The notes under the pieces are model-generated. The model was not told the DNA's origin and did not search any database. It saw nothing but the letters and a program-made list of their open reading frames with translations. A program made the translations under genes and the position numbers. This document shows, one piece after another, positions 43,135 through 54,058 of a stretch of 64,000 bases of DNA. The stretch spans positions 128,001 to 192,000 of the forward strand of contig CAWJAX010000003.1 of the NCBI GenBank assembly GCA_963841015.1, read 5' to 3'. This DNA comes from an uncultured Methanoregulaceae archaeon. GTDB taxonomy: Archaea; Halobacteriota; Methanomicrobia; Methanomicrobiales; Methanospirillaceae. How positions within the stretch are numbered: the first letter of the stretch is position 1; every line of letters starts with the position of its first letter.

Positions 43135-44373
43135 TTATTTTTTTGTACGACTGCTCTGGATCTCGAGTTGTTTTACGAGGAGCGGGAGGAATGTTCCTGC
43201 ATCTGAGACGATGCCGATAGCCTGCATAGTTCCGCGATCCATAAGTTTTGTGAGTGAAGTCGGATTAATATCGACACAGACCGTTTTCACATGTGAAGGC
43301 AGGCAGTTACCCACAGCGATAGAGTGAAGAAGTGTTGCAATCATTAAAACCATACTGCATCCTTCAATATGGACTCTCATGGCATCCTGCGCCTCCATCA
43401 CATCGGTGATCACATCGGGGAGCGGACCATCATCACGGATTGAACCGGCAAGGACGAAGGGGACATTTTTCCTGACACATTCATACATTATTCCACTGGT
43501 TACTATGCCGTTTTCCACTGCTTTTTTGATTGAACCTGCCCGCATGATCTCACTGATAGCATAAAGATGATGCTTATGACCCCCCATTATGGGTTTTCCT
43601 GTTGAGATATCCATCCCCAGTGAAGTACCGTACAGATTATACTCGATATCATGGGTGGCCAGTGCGTTTCCTGCAAAAAGCACGTCGATATAGCCTTTTC
43701 GGATCATTTCTGCAAGTGCTTTATCTGCCCCTGTGTGAATAATGGCCGGCCCACCAACGATTGCAATCCTGCCACCTTTCCTGCGGACATCAAGTATTTC
43801 ACGTGCAATCTGTGCGATCAGTGTCTCACTCGGTCGTTCGGGAGAAACCGTGCCATGCATGAACTCAAAGGTGCTGCTCTCCCGGGGACGTTCAGGATAC
43901 CTGACACTGACGCCCTGCTCGCCAACAACCACCAAATCCCCCTTCCGTATTTTTCCCAGCGCCACGGCACCTGCACACTTCTTCGCAGGATCTACAACGA
44001 TCAGGAAATCCATCTCTATAGATTCTACGGGGAGCCACTCCCCTCCATACTTCACCTGGGTCGGGTGGTTGCTTGTTGTGTAGAATCCTTTGGGTACGAC
44101 ACGATCAGATTCTGCAGGGACCAGATATGCATCTTTTACTTCCAGCGGGCGGGCACCAAGCCGGTGGAGTTCTGAAAGGATGGAAAGAAGTTTTTCCTTG
44201 CTGGACGCCGCTATGCGAAGCCGGGCATAGCTCGGATCGGTTTTTTCCTTACCTATATCAAATACGAGGATCTCGAAATTACCCCCCATATCCATGACCC
44301 TGTCGAAGAGCTGCGTCATGATGCCCGAATCGATTATATGACCAGCGAGTCCGATCTCCTGCGATTCCACCAT
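43135..44373 (-). CDS. TIGR00300 / LOR-SDH-domain protein (ornithine cyclodeaminase-like)
   Basis: GHIIDS, FEFMHG.VS.E, GNALATHDIE, AGSIRDDGPLP, LHSIAVGN, KLMDRG. Confidence 0.88.
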   Translation of the reverse strand: MVESQEIGLAGHIIDSGIMTQLFDRVMDMGGNFEILVFDIGKEKTDPSYARLRIAASSKEKLLSILSELHRLGARPLEVKDAYLVPAESDRVVPKGFYTTSNHPTQVKYGGEWLPVESIEMDFLIVVDPAKKCAGAVALGKIRKGDLVVVGEQGVSVRYPERPRESSTFEFMHGTVSPERPSETLIAQIAREILDVRRKGGRIAIVGGPAIIHTGADKALAEMIRKGYIDVLFAGNALATHDIEYNLYGTSLGMDISTGKPIMGGHKHHLYAISEIMRAGSIKKAVENGIVTSGIMYECVRKNVPFVLAGSIRDDGPLPDVITDVMEAQDAMRVHIEGCSMVLMIATLLHSIAVGNCLPSHVKTVCVDINPTSLTKLMDRGTMQAIGIVSDAGTFLPLLVKQLEIQSSRTKK

Positions 44374-44527
44374 ACAACAGAGATCTTGGGTGATGCCCCT
44401 TAATATGCGTTCCTGCCAAATATGACAGGAATGCGCTTGTTTTGAGTACTGGGGCACAGATTGGGATGTTTGATAACGTTATTATTCATAAAAGGGGAAA
44501 TTGGGATCTCGATAGGAAATGTAATAC

Positions 44528-44680
44528 AAAGCACTGGAGAGATGACGGATGAGTCCTTATCTTTTCCCCTCTTGCCCCGTACTTGTAACGATGATGCCGA
44601 ATCTCCTGTTCAAGTGTTATCGCATTTTTCGGCTGAACATAAAGAGGGGGGGCGAAACTCCTCTTGAGTCCTCAGCTGGC
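44528..44680 (+). mobile_element. Degenerate copy D of the MITE-like repeat (termini eroded)
   Basis: AAAGCACTGG, CTTGCC, CGATGAT, CCTGTTC, GTTATCGCATT, GGGGGGCGAAACTCCTCTTGAG and AGCTG are collinear with copies A and E. Confidence 0.72.
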
Positions 44681-44721
44681 TTTTTAAGTCTCTTTCCTGA
44701 ACTGAAATCTCAGAAAAAATG

Positions 44722-45312
44722 TTATCGTTTTATAAACTCTTCAGCTTTGGCAAGATCAGCCCGGGTGTTTACGTTCAGGGCAAGCCCGGGATCGCTGAGC
44801 AGAATCTGCAGTTCTTCCTGGGGCTGTAAAATGAGATCACCCCGGAGAATGTTTATCCCTGCAGGACACGCTTCAATCCCGTTGATCTTTTCCTTATACG
44901 ATATTTCACCTCTGCATGATTGAACAAGATCTGCAGGTACCCAGGCTGAGCAGGCATCTTTTCCCGACATATTATAGGTATCGGCAATCTGGCGGATAAC
45001 GTTTACAGTAATGCAGGGGATGTCAGATACGCAGACAAACAACGGGCGTTGCACGTCCAGGCTTTCTACTGCACTTATCATATCTTCAATGTATCCCCTG
45101 CCCTCAGCTTTGCAGAATGCTATGCCCTGTGCCCGGCACCAGTTCATGGTCATGGGCGTCTTAGAAGAAGCTGCTACAACCGGGTCAAATCCCCCGGCAC
45201 AAAAAGCATCAATCACATAGGAAATCATCGGTCTTCCGCAAATTGATATCAGAGGTTTCTCGCCCCGGTTGAGCCGGCTGCCCGAACCTCCTGCCATAAT
45301 CAATGCATACAT
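44722..45312 (-). CDS. cobY: Adenosylcobinamide-phosphate guanylyltransferase-like NTP transferase
   Basis: ALIMAGGSGSRL..EKPL, GYIED, NVNT..DL; next to the CobD-like gene. Confidence 0.8.
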   Translation of the reverse strand: MYALIMAGGSGSRLNRGEKPLISICGRPMISYVIDAFCAGGFDPVVAASSKTPMTMNWCRAQGIAFCKAEGRGYIEDMISAVESLDVQRPLFVCVSDIPCITVNVIRQIADTYNMSGKDACSAWVPADLVQSCRGEISYKEKINGIEACPAGINILRGDLILQPQEELQILLSDPGLALNVNTRADLAKAEEFIKR

Positions 45313-46295
45313 GCGGAAAGTGCCTCCAGAAGAACCTGGTTATCTTCCCGTGTTTGTACGGCAACACGAATACAGGTTGGTAATTCAAATGATGTGCAAT
45401 CACGAACAAGAACGACATGGCGGGCAAGAGCGGCACATAACAAAGCGACATCCCGTCCATATTCCACCAGAATATAATTAGCCGATGATGCATTGCATTG
45501 CATCCCAAGAGCATTAATCTGATTTGCAAGCCAGTCACGTTCTTGGGTGATGGCAGCCCGTGAGATTGCAAGTTCCCCCATATGTTTAAACGCTTCCATC
45601 GCGTACGCCTCGGCAAATGCATTTACGCTCCACGGAGGTCGGGTGATCTCAATTTTATCAATAACGTCCGGATCGCCAAAACCGTACCCGAAGCGGATAC
45701 CAGGTACAGAAAAACTTTTGGTAAGTGAATGGAGCACAAAGAGATTCGGATCCCGCACATCCACCATACTTTGTGCAGGATCAGACAATTCGATGAACGC
45801 TTCATCGCAGAAGAGGAGACCCCCTGATTTCATGCACTCAAGATGATTCTTCATGTCACTTTTTTTCTGTAATATGCCGGTCGGATTATTCGGGTTACAT
45901 ATAAACGAAACATCCGATTTTTGCGGATTTTCAACTCTGGAGGCCCCGGCCAGATGTGCTGATAATGCGTACTCCCCAAAAGTGGGGGATTCTGTGAAAA
46001 ATGTTTTATGCTTTCCCTTAAGCGCAACCGAGCAGAAAACCCGTATCAGCTCGATCGATCCATTCCCGACACAAATTTCCTCTTCAGTGCGGTTAAATGT
46101 GGAGGCGATCTGTCTTTTTAATTCTGTGTAACTGTCATCGGGATAATACGCAAGGATAGCAGGATCGCAATGCCACTCAAAGATAGGGGGAAAGGGATTG
46201 ATGCTCGCGCTGAAATCCAGCACATTTTTTTTGGTATTTTCGCGCTGTCGCTTTCCGTTGCCTCCATGAACTTCACGTTTGGGAAAGACAATCAC
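45300..46295 (-). CDS. Threonine-phosphate decarboxylase (CobD)/HisC-family PLP enzyme
   Basis: VHGG, DFSASINP, GNGSIELI, CNPNNPTG, DEAF, SLTKSFSVPGIRFGY. Confidence 0.85.
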   Translation of the reverse strand: MIVFPKREVHGGNGKRQRENTKKNVLDFSASINPFPPIFEWHCDPAILAYYPDDSYTELKRQIASTFNRTEEEICVGNGSIELIRVFCSVALKGKHKTFFTESPTFGEYALSAHLAGASRVENPQKSDVSFICNPNNPTGILQKKSDMKNHLECMKSGGLLFCDEAFIELSDPAQSMVDVRDPNLFVLHSLTKSFSVPGIRFGYGFGDPDVIDKIEITRPPWSVNAFAEAYAMEAFKHMGELAISRAAITQERDWLANQINALGMQCNASSANYILVEYGRDVALLCAALARHVVLVRDCTSFELPTCIRVAVQTREDNQVLLEALSACMH

Positions 46296-46380
46296 AATAA
46301 AAAGATCCTTTTTTTCCTGAAATACTTGGATTGATTGTTTTAAAAAGTGTTGTGTGAAGGATACAGTAGCAAAGAAGAAG

Positions 46381-46485
46381 GTTTTTATACATTAATGTGT
46401 AATTTTGGAGTATCTGGTTAAGTCAGACACAAGGGTTCTCTTTGTCTGACATATGAATGACAAATGACAGACATATGTCAGAAAT
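46381..46485 (+). promoter_or_regulatory. cdrS-ftsZ promoter with clustered inverted repeats (candidate RHH operator)
   Basis: TATA-like TTTATA at ~46384; GTCAGACA(46422-29)/TGTCTGAC(46443-50); TCTGACATATG(46445-55)/CATATGTCAGA(46472-82). Confidence 0.55.
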
Positions 46486-46498
46486 GGGGGATACAACG

Positions 46499-46678
46499 AT
46501 GATGCAAAGAATCACGCTCCGGTTACCTGAACAGCAAATCAATCTGCTCCAGCTGATGGTGGATTCAGGGGAATTTCCCAATGTATCAGAAGCTGTTCGG
46601 GCAGCGGTCCGTGAACTTGTTGAAAAGCGTGCAAGTCGTGTCATGAAGGATAATGACCAGGTTTCATTCAAGGTATGA
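46499..46678 (+). CDS. cdrS: Ribbon-helix-helix cell-division regulator
   Basis: [35 protein letters not shown], immediately upstream of ftsZ. Confidence 0.85.
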   Translation: MMQRITLRLPEQQINLLQLMVDSGEFPNVSEAVRAAVRELVEKRASRVMKDNDQVSFKV

Positions 46679-46688
46679 GAGGGTAGAC

Positions 46689-47855
46689 ATGCAAAGCATA
46701 ATTAACGATGCGTTGAAAAACGCCGAACTGGAAAAAGAGCTGAACAAACCAAGTTCAGCAAATGCAATGGAAGACGACTTTGTCGGCCAGCCAAGAATCG
46801 TTATTGTCGGTTGCGGTGGCGCAGGCAACAATACCGTGAACCGTATTCATCATATGGGTGTTTCCGGAGCAGAAACTATTGCTATCAACACCGACAAACA
46901 GCACCTGGATATGATCCAGGCGGACAAACGTATCCTTATTGGCAAATCCCTGACCAAAGGTCTTGGTGCCGGTGGATATCCGGATGTCGGCAAGCGCGCA
47001 GCTGAGATGGCACGCCCGACACTTGAAGCAGTCCTCGAATCTGCTGATCTGGTTTTCATCACAGCAGGTATGGGAGGAGGTACCGGTACCGGTTCCGCAC
47101 CAGTTGTTGCATCAATTGCAAAGGAAGCGGGTGCTATTGTTGTCGGCATGGTCAGCTACCCATTCCAGGTTGAAAAAGCCCGCCTGATCCGTGCTGAAGA
47201 AGGTCTTGAGGCACTTGCAGCCGCTTCAGACTCAGTTATTGTCCTTGATAACAACCGGTTAAAGAACTTCGTCCCTAACCTGCCGCTGGGCCAGGCATTT
47301 TCCGTCATGGATCAACTCATCGGTGAAACCGTCAAGGGTATTTCGGAAACAATCACCGAACCATCGCTCATTAACATTGACTATGCTGATGTCAGGGCGA
47401 TTATGTCAAAAGGCGGTGTTGCAGTCATGCTTGTTGGTGAAAGCAAACAGCAGAATAAAGCTGAAAGCGTTGTTCGTGAGTGCCTGAGCAATCCGATGCT
47501 GGACATTGACTACCGCGGTGCAACCGGAAGCCTTATCCATATAACAGGAGGGACTGACCTTACGCTTCAGGATGCTGAAGAAGTGGCAACATCGCTTACG
47601 TACGAGCTTGATCCCCACGCAGATGTAATCTGGGGCGCTCGTGTCAGGAATGATATGGAGGGTAAGATTCGTGTACTCGCCATCATGACCGGTGTCAAGA
47701 GCGCGCAGATCCTTGGGACCCGACAATCATATAAGACAATGATTGCAGATATCGACAACAAGCGCTCAAACCCAAAAGCGGTTGAGATGCCCCAGAACAG
47801 AAGAAGCAGCCGGGACCAGCCCAGTGGCGGCGGAGTCCTGGAATGGGTCGGTTAA
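46689..47855 (+). CDS. ftsZ: Cell division protein FtsZ (FtsZ2 type by cdrS linkage)
   Basis: [36 protein letters not shown]. Confidence 0.97.
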   Translation: MQSIINDALKNAELEKELNKPSSANAMEDDFVGQPRIVIVGCGGAGNNTVNRIHHMGVSGAETIAINTDKQHLDMIQADKRILIGKSLTKGLGAGGYPDVGKRAAEMARPTLEAVLESADLVFITAGMGGGTGTGSAPVVASIAKEAGAIVVGMVSYPFQVEKARLIRAEEGLEALAAASDSVIVLDNNRLKNFVPNLPLGQAFSVMDQLIGETVKGISETITEPSLINIDYADVRAIMSKGGVAVMLVGESKQQNKAESVVRECLSNPMLDIDYRGATGSLIHITGGTDLTLQDAEEVATSLTYELDPHADVIWGARVRNDMEGKIRVLAIMTGVKSAQILGTRQSYKTMIADIDNKRSNPKAVEMPQNRRSSRDQPSGGGVLEWVG

Positions 47856-48594
47856 CCACTCACGACAAATAAAAAAAGTAGTCGAAGAAAAACGTTCCAG
47901 ATAACCATCTCCTGCAGAAGTTCAGGAATTTAGTTGATTAATCCGAACCATGACCAACAACAGAGCTGGCTGATTCGGACCAGATAAAAGGAGTTAAGGG
48001 TACTCCTTATCGCAAACCCCTTTTTGTGCGATTTCTTTTAACGTGAGAACACGCACACTCTGATTTCTGTCTCCCCTTGAATCCTTGCGCTGGTAATGTG
48101 GGAGATTTCGGGCGTGCATGTGCAGAAGATACGATTCAAAGATCTTACACGTCATAAAAGAACTCTTAAACGATATTCATAAAGGCTGTTTTTTGGGAGT
48201 TTTGTTTTTCCCCCATATCTGATCCCATTCGCTCATGAGTTCCTCGGGAATAACGGCGAAATGCTTAATAATCCCCCGCTCCTTTAAAATATAGTACATT
48301 CGATCAGTTCTTTGCTGGGAGGATGGGGACGACACCAGATAGGTGATTCTGGTTTGTCCTGGTATCGGGAGTTGAACATCATGAATAGAGTGTTGAACAA
48401 AGACTTCACAATGAGGTCTTATCTGAATTCTGCGCTGATTTCTTTTTCAGATGTTTTTTACCCTGCATTTCGTATGCAGAGTTGTCATGTAAGAGAATCA
48501 AAAGGGTCAAACCGAATCTCTTTTGTATTATTTTTTATCTCCTGCATGCTTCTGCTGCCTCCCGTGCCGGAGAATCGATGAGGAGTAGTAACGC

Positions 48595-49455
48595 ATGTTG
48601 AATGACCTGATGGAAAAAAGAAAGAAAATTCTTGCTGAATCTGAAGAGCATAAAAACCGCCGCAACGAACTCAATACTGCTGCAAGCAAGTTCGCCCGTG
48701 AACGCAATACCCTCAACAACCAGACACGTGAGTTTGTTGAAGAGGCGCAAAAGAACAAAGATCTCCGGGATAAATATAACCAGGATGTCCTTGACTTAAA
48801 AGCGCAGCGGAACGAGTTAAATGACAAAGCAAATGTCCTGTTTGAAGAGATCGAAGGATTTAAAAAAGAACACGGCACGCTTAAGAACCGTGGTGTGAAG
48901 GAGCTCCAGAAGCAGATTGAATTCATGGAGTACCGGCAGCAGACCGAAGTCTTCACCACCGATAAAGAGCGGGAACTTATCGAAAAAATTAAACAGATGA
49001 TGGCCCAGGTTCGGGAGCAGGAAGCCGAGCTTGAACAGAACAAGGATATGCGCGTTAAGATCACAGAAGCTCGCGATTTTCGAAAACTAGCCTCTGATCT
49101 TCATGCAAGGGTTACTGAGTTTGCCGAACTAGCCCAGAAACACCACGATCTCATGGTTGAATCCTACAGAAAAGCAGACAAATCACGTGAGGCAGCGGAT
49201 GCCGCACATAAGAGTTTTGTCGAGGCTCAGGAATCTGCAGACTCCGAACATAAGTTTTTTATCGCCTGCCAGAAAGAACTTCGCGATTACGATAAGGTAA
49301 TTTCCGGCCTCCGTAAGAAGACAAAGAAGGTTAAGGTCACAAAAGAACAAAAAGCAGTACGCAAAGAGGCTGAGAGTCTCTTTAAGAACTTCCGGGCAGG
49401 AGAAAAACTCACTACCGATGATATATTACTCCTCCAGCGCTCAAAACTTATCTGA
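48595..49455 (+). CDS. Conserved archaeal coiled-coil protein (COG1340-like)
   Basis: Heptad-rich throughout; IEFMEYRQQT, C-terminal GEKLTTDDILLLQ. Confidence 0.85.
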   Translation: MLNDLMEKRKKILAESEEHKNRRNELNTAASKFARERNTLNNQTREFVEEAQKNKDLRDKYNQDVLDLKAQRNELNDKANVLFEEIEGFKKEHGTLKNRGVKELQKQIEFMEYRQQTEVFTTDKERELIEKIKQMMAQVREQEAELEQNKDMRVKITEARDFRKLASDLHARVTEFAELAQKHHDLMVESYRKADKSREAADAAHKSFVEAQESADSEHKFFIACQKELRDYDKVISGLRKKTKKVKVTKEQKAVRKEAESLFKNFRAGEKLTTDDILLLQRSKLI

Positions 49456-49514
49456 TTCTCTTTTTTTTACCGTCAGTAATAATTTAATAGGTTCACCGCA
49501 TTTTTATACTAATA

Positions 49515-50648
49515 ATGACGTTGGGTCGTACATTAGTACTCAGTGTTGATCGGGATGATGATATCGGGTGGAAGGCGAAAGTCGAAAGCCCGGCCATCGG
49601 CCGTGCAGCCTGCCTGAAGGCCGCAAACACCTTAGCACTGGCAGACCCTGAGGATTCTGACGTCAATGCAATATTTTCAGCAGTCAAGATCTATGATGAA
49701 CTGACTGAGAATGGAGAGGAGACGGCAATTGCAGTGATTGCTGGCAACCACCTCCATATGATTGAAGGGGATCGCAGAATTGCAGCCTCTCTTGAACAGG
49801 TAATCAAAGAGACCCAGGCTACCAATTGCATTCTTGTTACTGATGGAGCAGAGGACGAGTATGTAATTCCCATCATCCAGTCCAAGATTCCGGTTTCAAG
49901 TATCCGCAGGGTCATCGTAAACCAGATGCCCAATCTCGAAGGCACCTATTATATCCTGAAAAAATTTTTTGATGACCCGAAGATCTCCCGAATGATATTC
50001 ATTCCCCTTGGCCTGGCAATGCTTCTGTATGCCATCGCATACTTGCTGGATGCTCCGGGAATTGCAACAATCATTGTGGTGGGCGTTATCGGAGGATACC
50101 TGCTGTACAAGGGATTCGGTTTTGATGAGATTGTTCATAGTATCATCGAAACCCTCCGCATATCCCTCTCACGAGGACGATTCTCGTTCGTTACGTATAC
50201 TACAACTATTCTTCTTATCATCATTGGATTTACGGTAGGATTTATTAATGTCCTGAAATTTTACTCCACTGACAGTAGTTTAGGACTTCTTCTTTATCTG
50301 ATGACCTTTATTTATGGATCAATTGAATGGTTTATCTTTGCGGGACTCGTAACATCCGTTGGGATTATCATCGATGTGTACGCACATGAACGAGAGGCAC
50401 TGGGAAAGGTTATTGTCTTTCCCTTTTTTGTCATTGCACTCGGGTTCATCCTCTATGCTGCAAGTGTTTATATTATATCAGTAAGTGGTGTTCCCGATTT
50501 CCCCCTCACTCCGGATGAATCCGCAAAAAATATCCTTTATTCTACCATTATCGGTATTAGTTCTGCAGTTATTGGTGTTTTCACCAAATTTTTTGTTAAT
50601 AGAAAGATGGCAGAACTTCGCAAGCAGGAAATTATTGAAGTCATATAA
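49515..50648 (+). CDS. DUF373 membrane protein
   Basis: LVLSVDRDDDIG, DPEDSDVNA, TDGAEDE, then multiple TM helices. Confidence 0.9.
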   Translation: MTLGRTLVLSVDRDDDIGWKAKVESPAIGRAACLKAANTLALADPEDSDVNAIFSAVKIYDELTENGEETAIAVIAGNHLHMIEGDRRIAASLEQVIKETQATNCILVTDGAEDEYVIPIIQSKIPVSSIRRVIVNQMPNLEGTYYILKKFFDDPKISRMIFIPLGLAMLLYAIAYLLDAPGIATIIVVGVIGGYLLYKGFGFDEIVHSIIETLRISLSRGRFSFVTYTTTILLIIIGFTVGFINVLKFYSTDSSLGLLLYLMTFIYGSIEWFIFAGLVTSVGIIIDVYAHEREALGKVIVFPFFVIALGFILYAASVYIISVSGVPDFPLTPDESAKNILYSTIIGISSAVIGVFTKFFVNRKMAELRKQEIIEVI

Positions 50649-51077
50649 AAAATACCGGTTACATTGTGAATTGTATTGTGGCGCTTACCAATTCAAAATG
50701 CCCCGCAGTGGAAACCGGGTATTTATATGCGACATATGAAATACCAGGATTACATGGATACGGGACCCTGTTGCACACCGGTACCGCTTTTCTAAGGAAA
50801 GGGGTGAATCTTCAAAACAAATTTCTAATTCGATCAGGTATCAGAGAATTCCCGGTTATGCAATTCCTTTCAAGGTGTATTTGTGATACCGGCATGAATT
50901 GGATCCCCGCCCGTGGACTTGTCAAGACAAACTGCAAGGATGATGTATTCACTTTTTTTGGTTGAATACCTTCAGTGATCTGAAGGAAAGGACAGGAAAG
51001 TGCGAAAGTAGTTTAAAAGGTAAATTATCCTTTTTTGATTAAGGAAAAAAATACAGGTATTTTTTTAAATTAATCCC

Positions 51078-51569
51078 TCATCGTTTTTCGTTGGGGGGAT
51101 TACCTTGAGCATTTGTCGTAAAATACCCCATTCCACCCGGGAATTGTTTGGTCATTGTGAAGTTTCGGGTTGCCTGCGGCGTCTTTACAGATAGCACAGG
51201 AATTACAACATTGAAATCGTGTGACGGGTACCAGAATATCCCATTACCGTACGATAATGCGGCATCTTCCACGGTGAAATCGGCGCTGGAGAGATCGATG
51301 CGATTCATCTGGGCGTCCTGATAGTTGAGAATCTTCATCAGCTTGTTCTTGAGATCCTGTTTACCCAGAATAAAAAAGATGAAACGCGTCCCTTCATCTA
51401 CTTTATAGTTGACGTGGATGTCAGCACTTCCATTGTTGAGTTTTATCTGAACGTCATGTACGGTTATGTAACTGTAACGATCAGCATTTGCAGCCATAAC
51501 AGGAACTGCCATGCTGAGCGTAAAAAGGATCAGCAGCACGACAGCATAAGCTCGCATAGAATAGTACAT
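51078..51569 (-). CDS. Hypothetical secreted protein
   Basis: 163-aa ORF with signal peptide (..AVPVMA). Confidence 0.7.
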   Translation of the reverse strand: MYYSMRAYAVVLLILFTLSMAVPVMAANADRYSYITVHDVQIKLNNGSADIHVNYKVDEGTRFIFFILGKQDLKNKLMKILNYQDAQMNRIDLSSADFTVEDAALSYGNGIFWYPSHDFNVVIPVLSVKTPQATRNFTMTKQFPGGMGYFTTNAQGNPPNEKR

Positions 51570-51667
51570 ACAACAATGCCACTTAAATCGTTTTGGGTAA
51601 TGGCACCAGATAATTTGCTGAATTTTCCCGACGGTTCTTGAGGTAGTAAAAACAATTTAAAAAAAAA

Positions 51668-51946
51668 TTATTTGTTATTAGCCAGAATAATTTCGATGGA
51701 GGAAACATTAGTTTTCCCTGAATCTGTGTCAATAACCTCGGTTGATGTAATAATTTCTTTTTTTGTTACACCTTCTAAGAATCGGTTAAGGGCAATCTCT
51801 GCCGTATCAACTGCCCGGGAAATTGCTTTTCCCCTTGCTTTTATGGCCACTTCTTCTGCTCCGTTGTTAAACTGTGTGATGACGGCAAGCACGTAATTCA
51901 TAACGGGCTTGTTACCGACGAATACTGTGTTCTCTTTTGGCTGCAT
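51668..51946 (-). CDS. albA: DNA/RNA-binding protein Alba
   Basis: [33 protein letters not shown]. Confidence 0.97.
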   Translation of the reverse strand: MQPKENTVFVGNKPVMNYVLAVITQFNNGAEEVAIKARGKAISRAVDTAEIALNRFLEGVTKKEIITSTEVIDTDSGKTNVSSIEIILANNK

Positions 51947-51962
51947 CTTTTTAGTCCCCGAA

Positions 51963-52982
51963 TCAGAGATATTTCTTCTTGGTAATCAGTTCTGCATTCA
52001 GTACACTTGCACCAGCTGCGCCCCGAATTGTGTTATGTCCCATCGCAACAAAGCGTATCCCCTCCCTGAGCCTGCCGACTGATACGGTCATACCGTTCCC
52101 GCGCATCCGGTCCAGACGAGGTTGCGGGCGGTCCTTCTCTTCTTCAAAGAAGTGAATTGATTCCTCAGGTTGTGTGGGGAGTCCTTTAATAGGGGGTTTG
52201 TATTCACGGAAAGATTTTTTCAGTTTTTCAACCGGTTCTTTGATATCGATCCAGACTGCCATACTATGACCGTCAATCACCGGAACGCGGTGACAACTGG
52301 CACTTACCTTAAACTGGGCATTTGCCACCTTGTTGCCCTTCAGGGTACCCATGATCTTAAGGGTTTCGGTCTCCATCTTCTCCTCTTCCTGACCGATATA
52401 GGGAATAACATTATCATAGATTGACATCGCTGCTACCCCGGCAAACCCGGCACCGGAGATAGCCTGCATCGTCGCCACCCTGATATCAGAAAATTTGAAT
52501 TTCCTCAGGGGGGCAAGTGCGGTCACCATTACGATAGTCGAGCAGTTCGGGTTGGTCACGATAAACCCGTCTCTGCCGGAATCACGCTGGACATCAATCA
52601 GGCCAAGATGCTCGGGATTCACTTCCGGAACAACGAGGGGAATGGAAGGTTCCATGCGGTGTGAACTCGCGTTGCTGCAGACAGCTATTCCCGCATCGGC
52701 AAATTTGTTCTCTACGTCTGTTGCGATATCAGCAGGAAGAGCAGAGAAAACCAAATCAACATCCTTCATAGCTTTTGGTGATGTGGGCACCACTTTAATT
52801 TTAGCGATTTTTTCGGGAAATGGCGTGTCAAGACGCCAGTTCACTATCTTCCCATAGGGCTGTCCAGCACTGCGTTCAGAAGCGGCTAGTGTCGATAAAT
52901 TGAACCATGGATGATCCGCTAACAGTTCAACAAATCGCTGGCCAACCGCACCCGTAGCTCCGAGCACTCCAACATTGATCAT
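51963..52982 (-). CDS. asd: Aspartate-semialdehyde dehydrogenase
   Basis: [36 protein letters not shown]. Confidence 0.96.
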   Translation of the reverse strand: MINVGVLGATGAVGQRFVELLADHPWFNLSTLAASERSAGQPYGKIVNWRLDTPFPEKIAKIKVVPTSPKAMKDVDLVFSALPADIATDVENKFADAGIAVCSNASSHRMEPSIPLVVPEVNPEHLGLIDVQRDSGRDGFIVTNPNCSTIVMVTALAPLRKFKFSDIRVATMQAISGAGFAGVAAMSIYDNVIPYIGQEEEKMETETLKIMGTLKGNKVANAQFKVSASCHRVPVIDGHSMAVWIDIKEPVEKLKKSFREYKPPIKGLPTQPEESIHFFEEEKDRPQPRLDRMRGNGMTVSVGRLREGIRFVAMGHNTIRGAAGASVLNAELITKKKYL

Positions 52983-53267
52983 GTGTGTCAGGTCCTGTGT
53001 GTTAATGTTTCCCGTTGAAATATGACGGGTTATGAAATCCCATTTCTTCTGTGATAATAAAAACATTGTTTTTTACATTTTTATCCTGATGGCAAATTGA
53101 TACGATATCCAGCAATTACAAAAACCTGGGTTATACGGGTGATAATCCAAAATAACGACACCTCTTAAGAGTAATTATTAAGGATGTGAAGGTGAGAGAT
53201 AGCGCTGTACCTTAAATAAAAGTCTGAAAAAAGGAATTTTTAATCTGATAAAAAAAAATATCCGGCC

Positions 53268-53441
53268 TTATTCCATGTGAATTGCTTCAGAAGGACAGAC
53301 GTCAACACAGGTTTCGCAGTCTACACACATATCCTTATCGACTTTCGCCTTTTCGTTCTCCATTGCAATCGCCGATGCCGGGCACTCACTTACACAGGTC
53401 TCACACCCGGTGCATTTATCCTTGTCTACTACTGCTACCAT
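53268..53441 (-). CDS. 2[4Fe-4S] ferredoxin
   Basis: CTGCETC...CP and CVDCETC...CP. Confidence 0.93.
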   Translation of the reverse strand: MVAVVDKDKCTGCETCVSECPASAIAMENEKAKVDKDMCVDCETCVDVCPSEAIHME

Positions 53442-53446
53442 ACCAT

Positions 53447-53620
53447 TCACTCCACCATTATTGCTTCTGAGGGGCAGATGTCAACACAGGTCTGGCAGTC
53501 TACGCACAAGTCCTTGTCCACCTGAGCTTTTTCGTTCTCTAGTGCGATTGCTGATGCAGGACATTCATCCACGCAGGTTTCGCATCCGGTACATTTACTG
53601 GTGTCAACGATTGCAACCAA
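53447..53620 (-). CDS. 2[4Fe-4S] ferredoxin (tandem paralog; probable TTG start)
   Basis: CTGCETC...CP and CVDCQTC...CP; GGAG SD-like motif upstream. Confidence 0.9.
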   Translation of the reverse strand: MVAIVDTSKCTGCETCVDECPASAIALENEKAQVDKDLCVDCQTCVDICPSEAIMVE

Positions 53621-53851
53621 CTTTGTCACTCCATCGTATATGTTACACAAAAGATAAAAAATAGGTTTCGATAGTACCCTTCAAAAAAAACGAGATAATC
53701 GGCATTTTTTTGTTTTTTAAACCAGTGCTATATATGATTGGTTAAAAAATGATTCGTCTGGGCCGTATATCATCTTGACAAGTCATAACGAATAATTTTT
53801 AAAAATAACTAAGGGCCACCATAATCTGACACGGGATTATTTAAAAAAAAT

Positions 53852-54058
53852 TGCTCTGGAGAAATGCTCAATAACAGCTAAACGCTCAAGGGGTTTCACC
53901 CCCGCCGCTGTGGCTCCCCCAATGCGATAACTCCCGAACAGGTTCTACGTTATCATCGCTAAGCGCAGGGGCGGCATGGGGGGACAGGCACTGTCCCCTC
54001 CTTCATTCTTACCAGCATCTTGAATTTCATATCAATGGAAAAGGAATTCTACAAAGCC
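53852..54058 (-). mobile_element. MITE-like dispersed repeat, copy E (207 bp) with 9-bp direct repeat flanks
   Basis: Ends TGCTCTGGAGAA / TTCTACAAAGCC; AAAAAAAAT on both sides (53843-53851, 54059-54067); homologous to 823-1036. Confidence 0.85.

Noticed and set aside
53940-53960. CTACGTT in the repeat, reminiscent of HEARO/IscB omega RNAs
   Set aside because: Only a 7-mer, on the strand opposite the one favoured by G-U pairs. The element has TIRs, which IS200/IS605 elements lack, and no iscB or tnpB is nearby.
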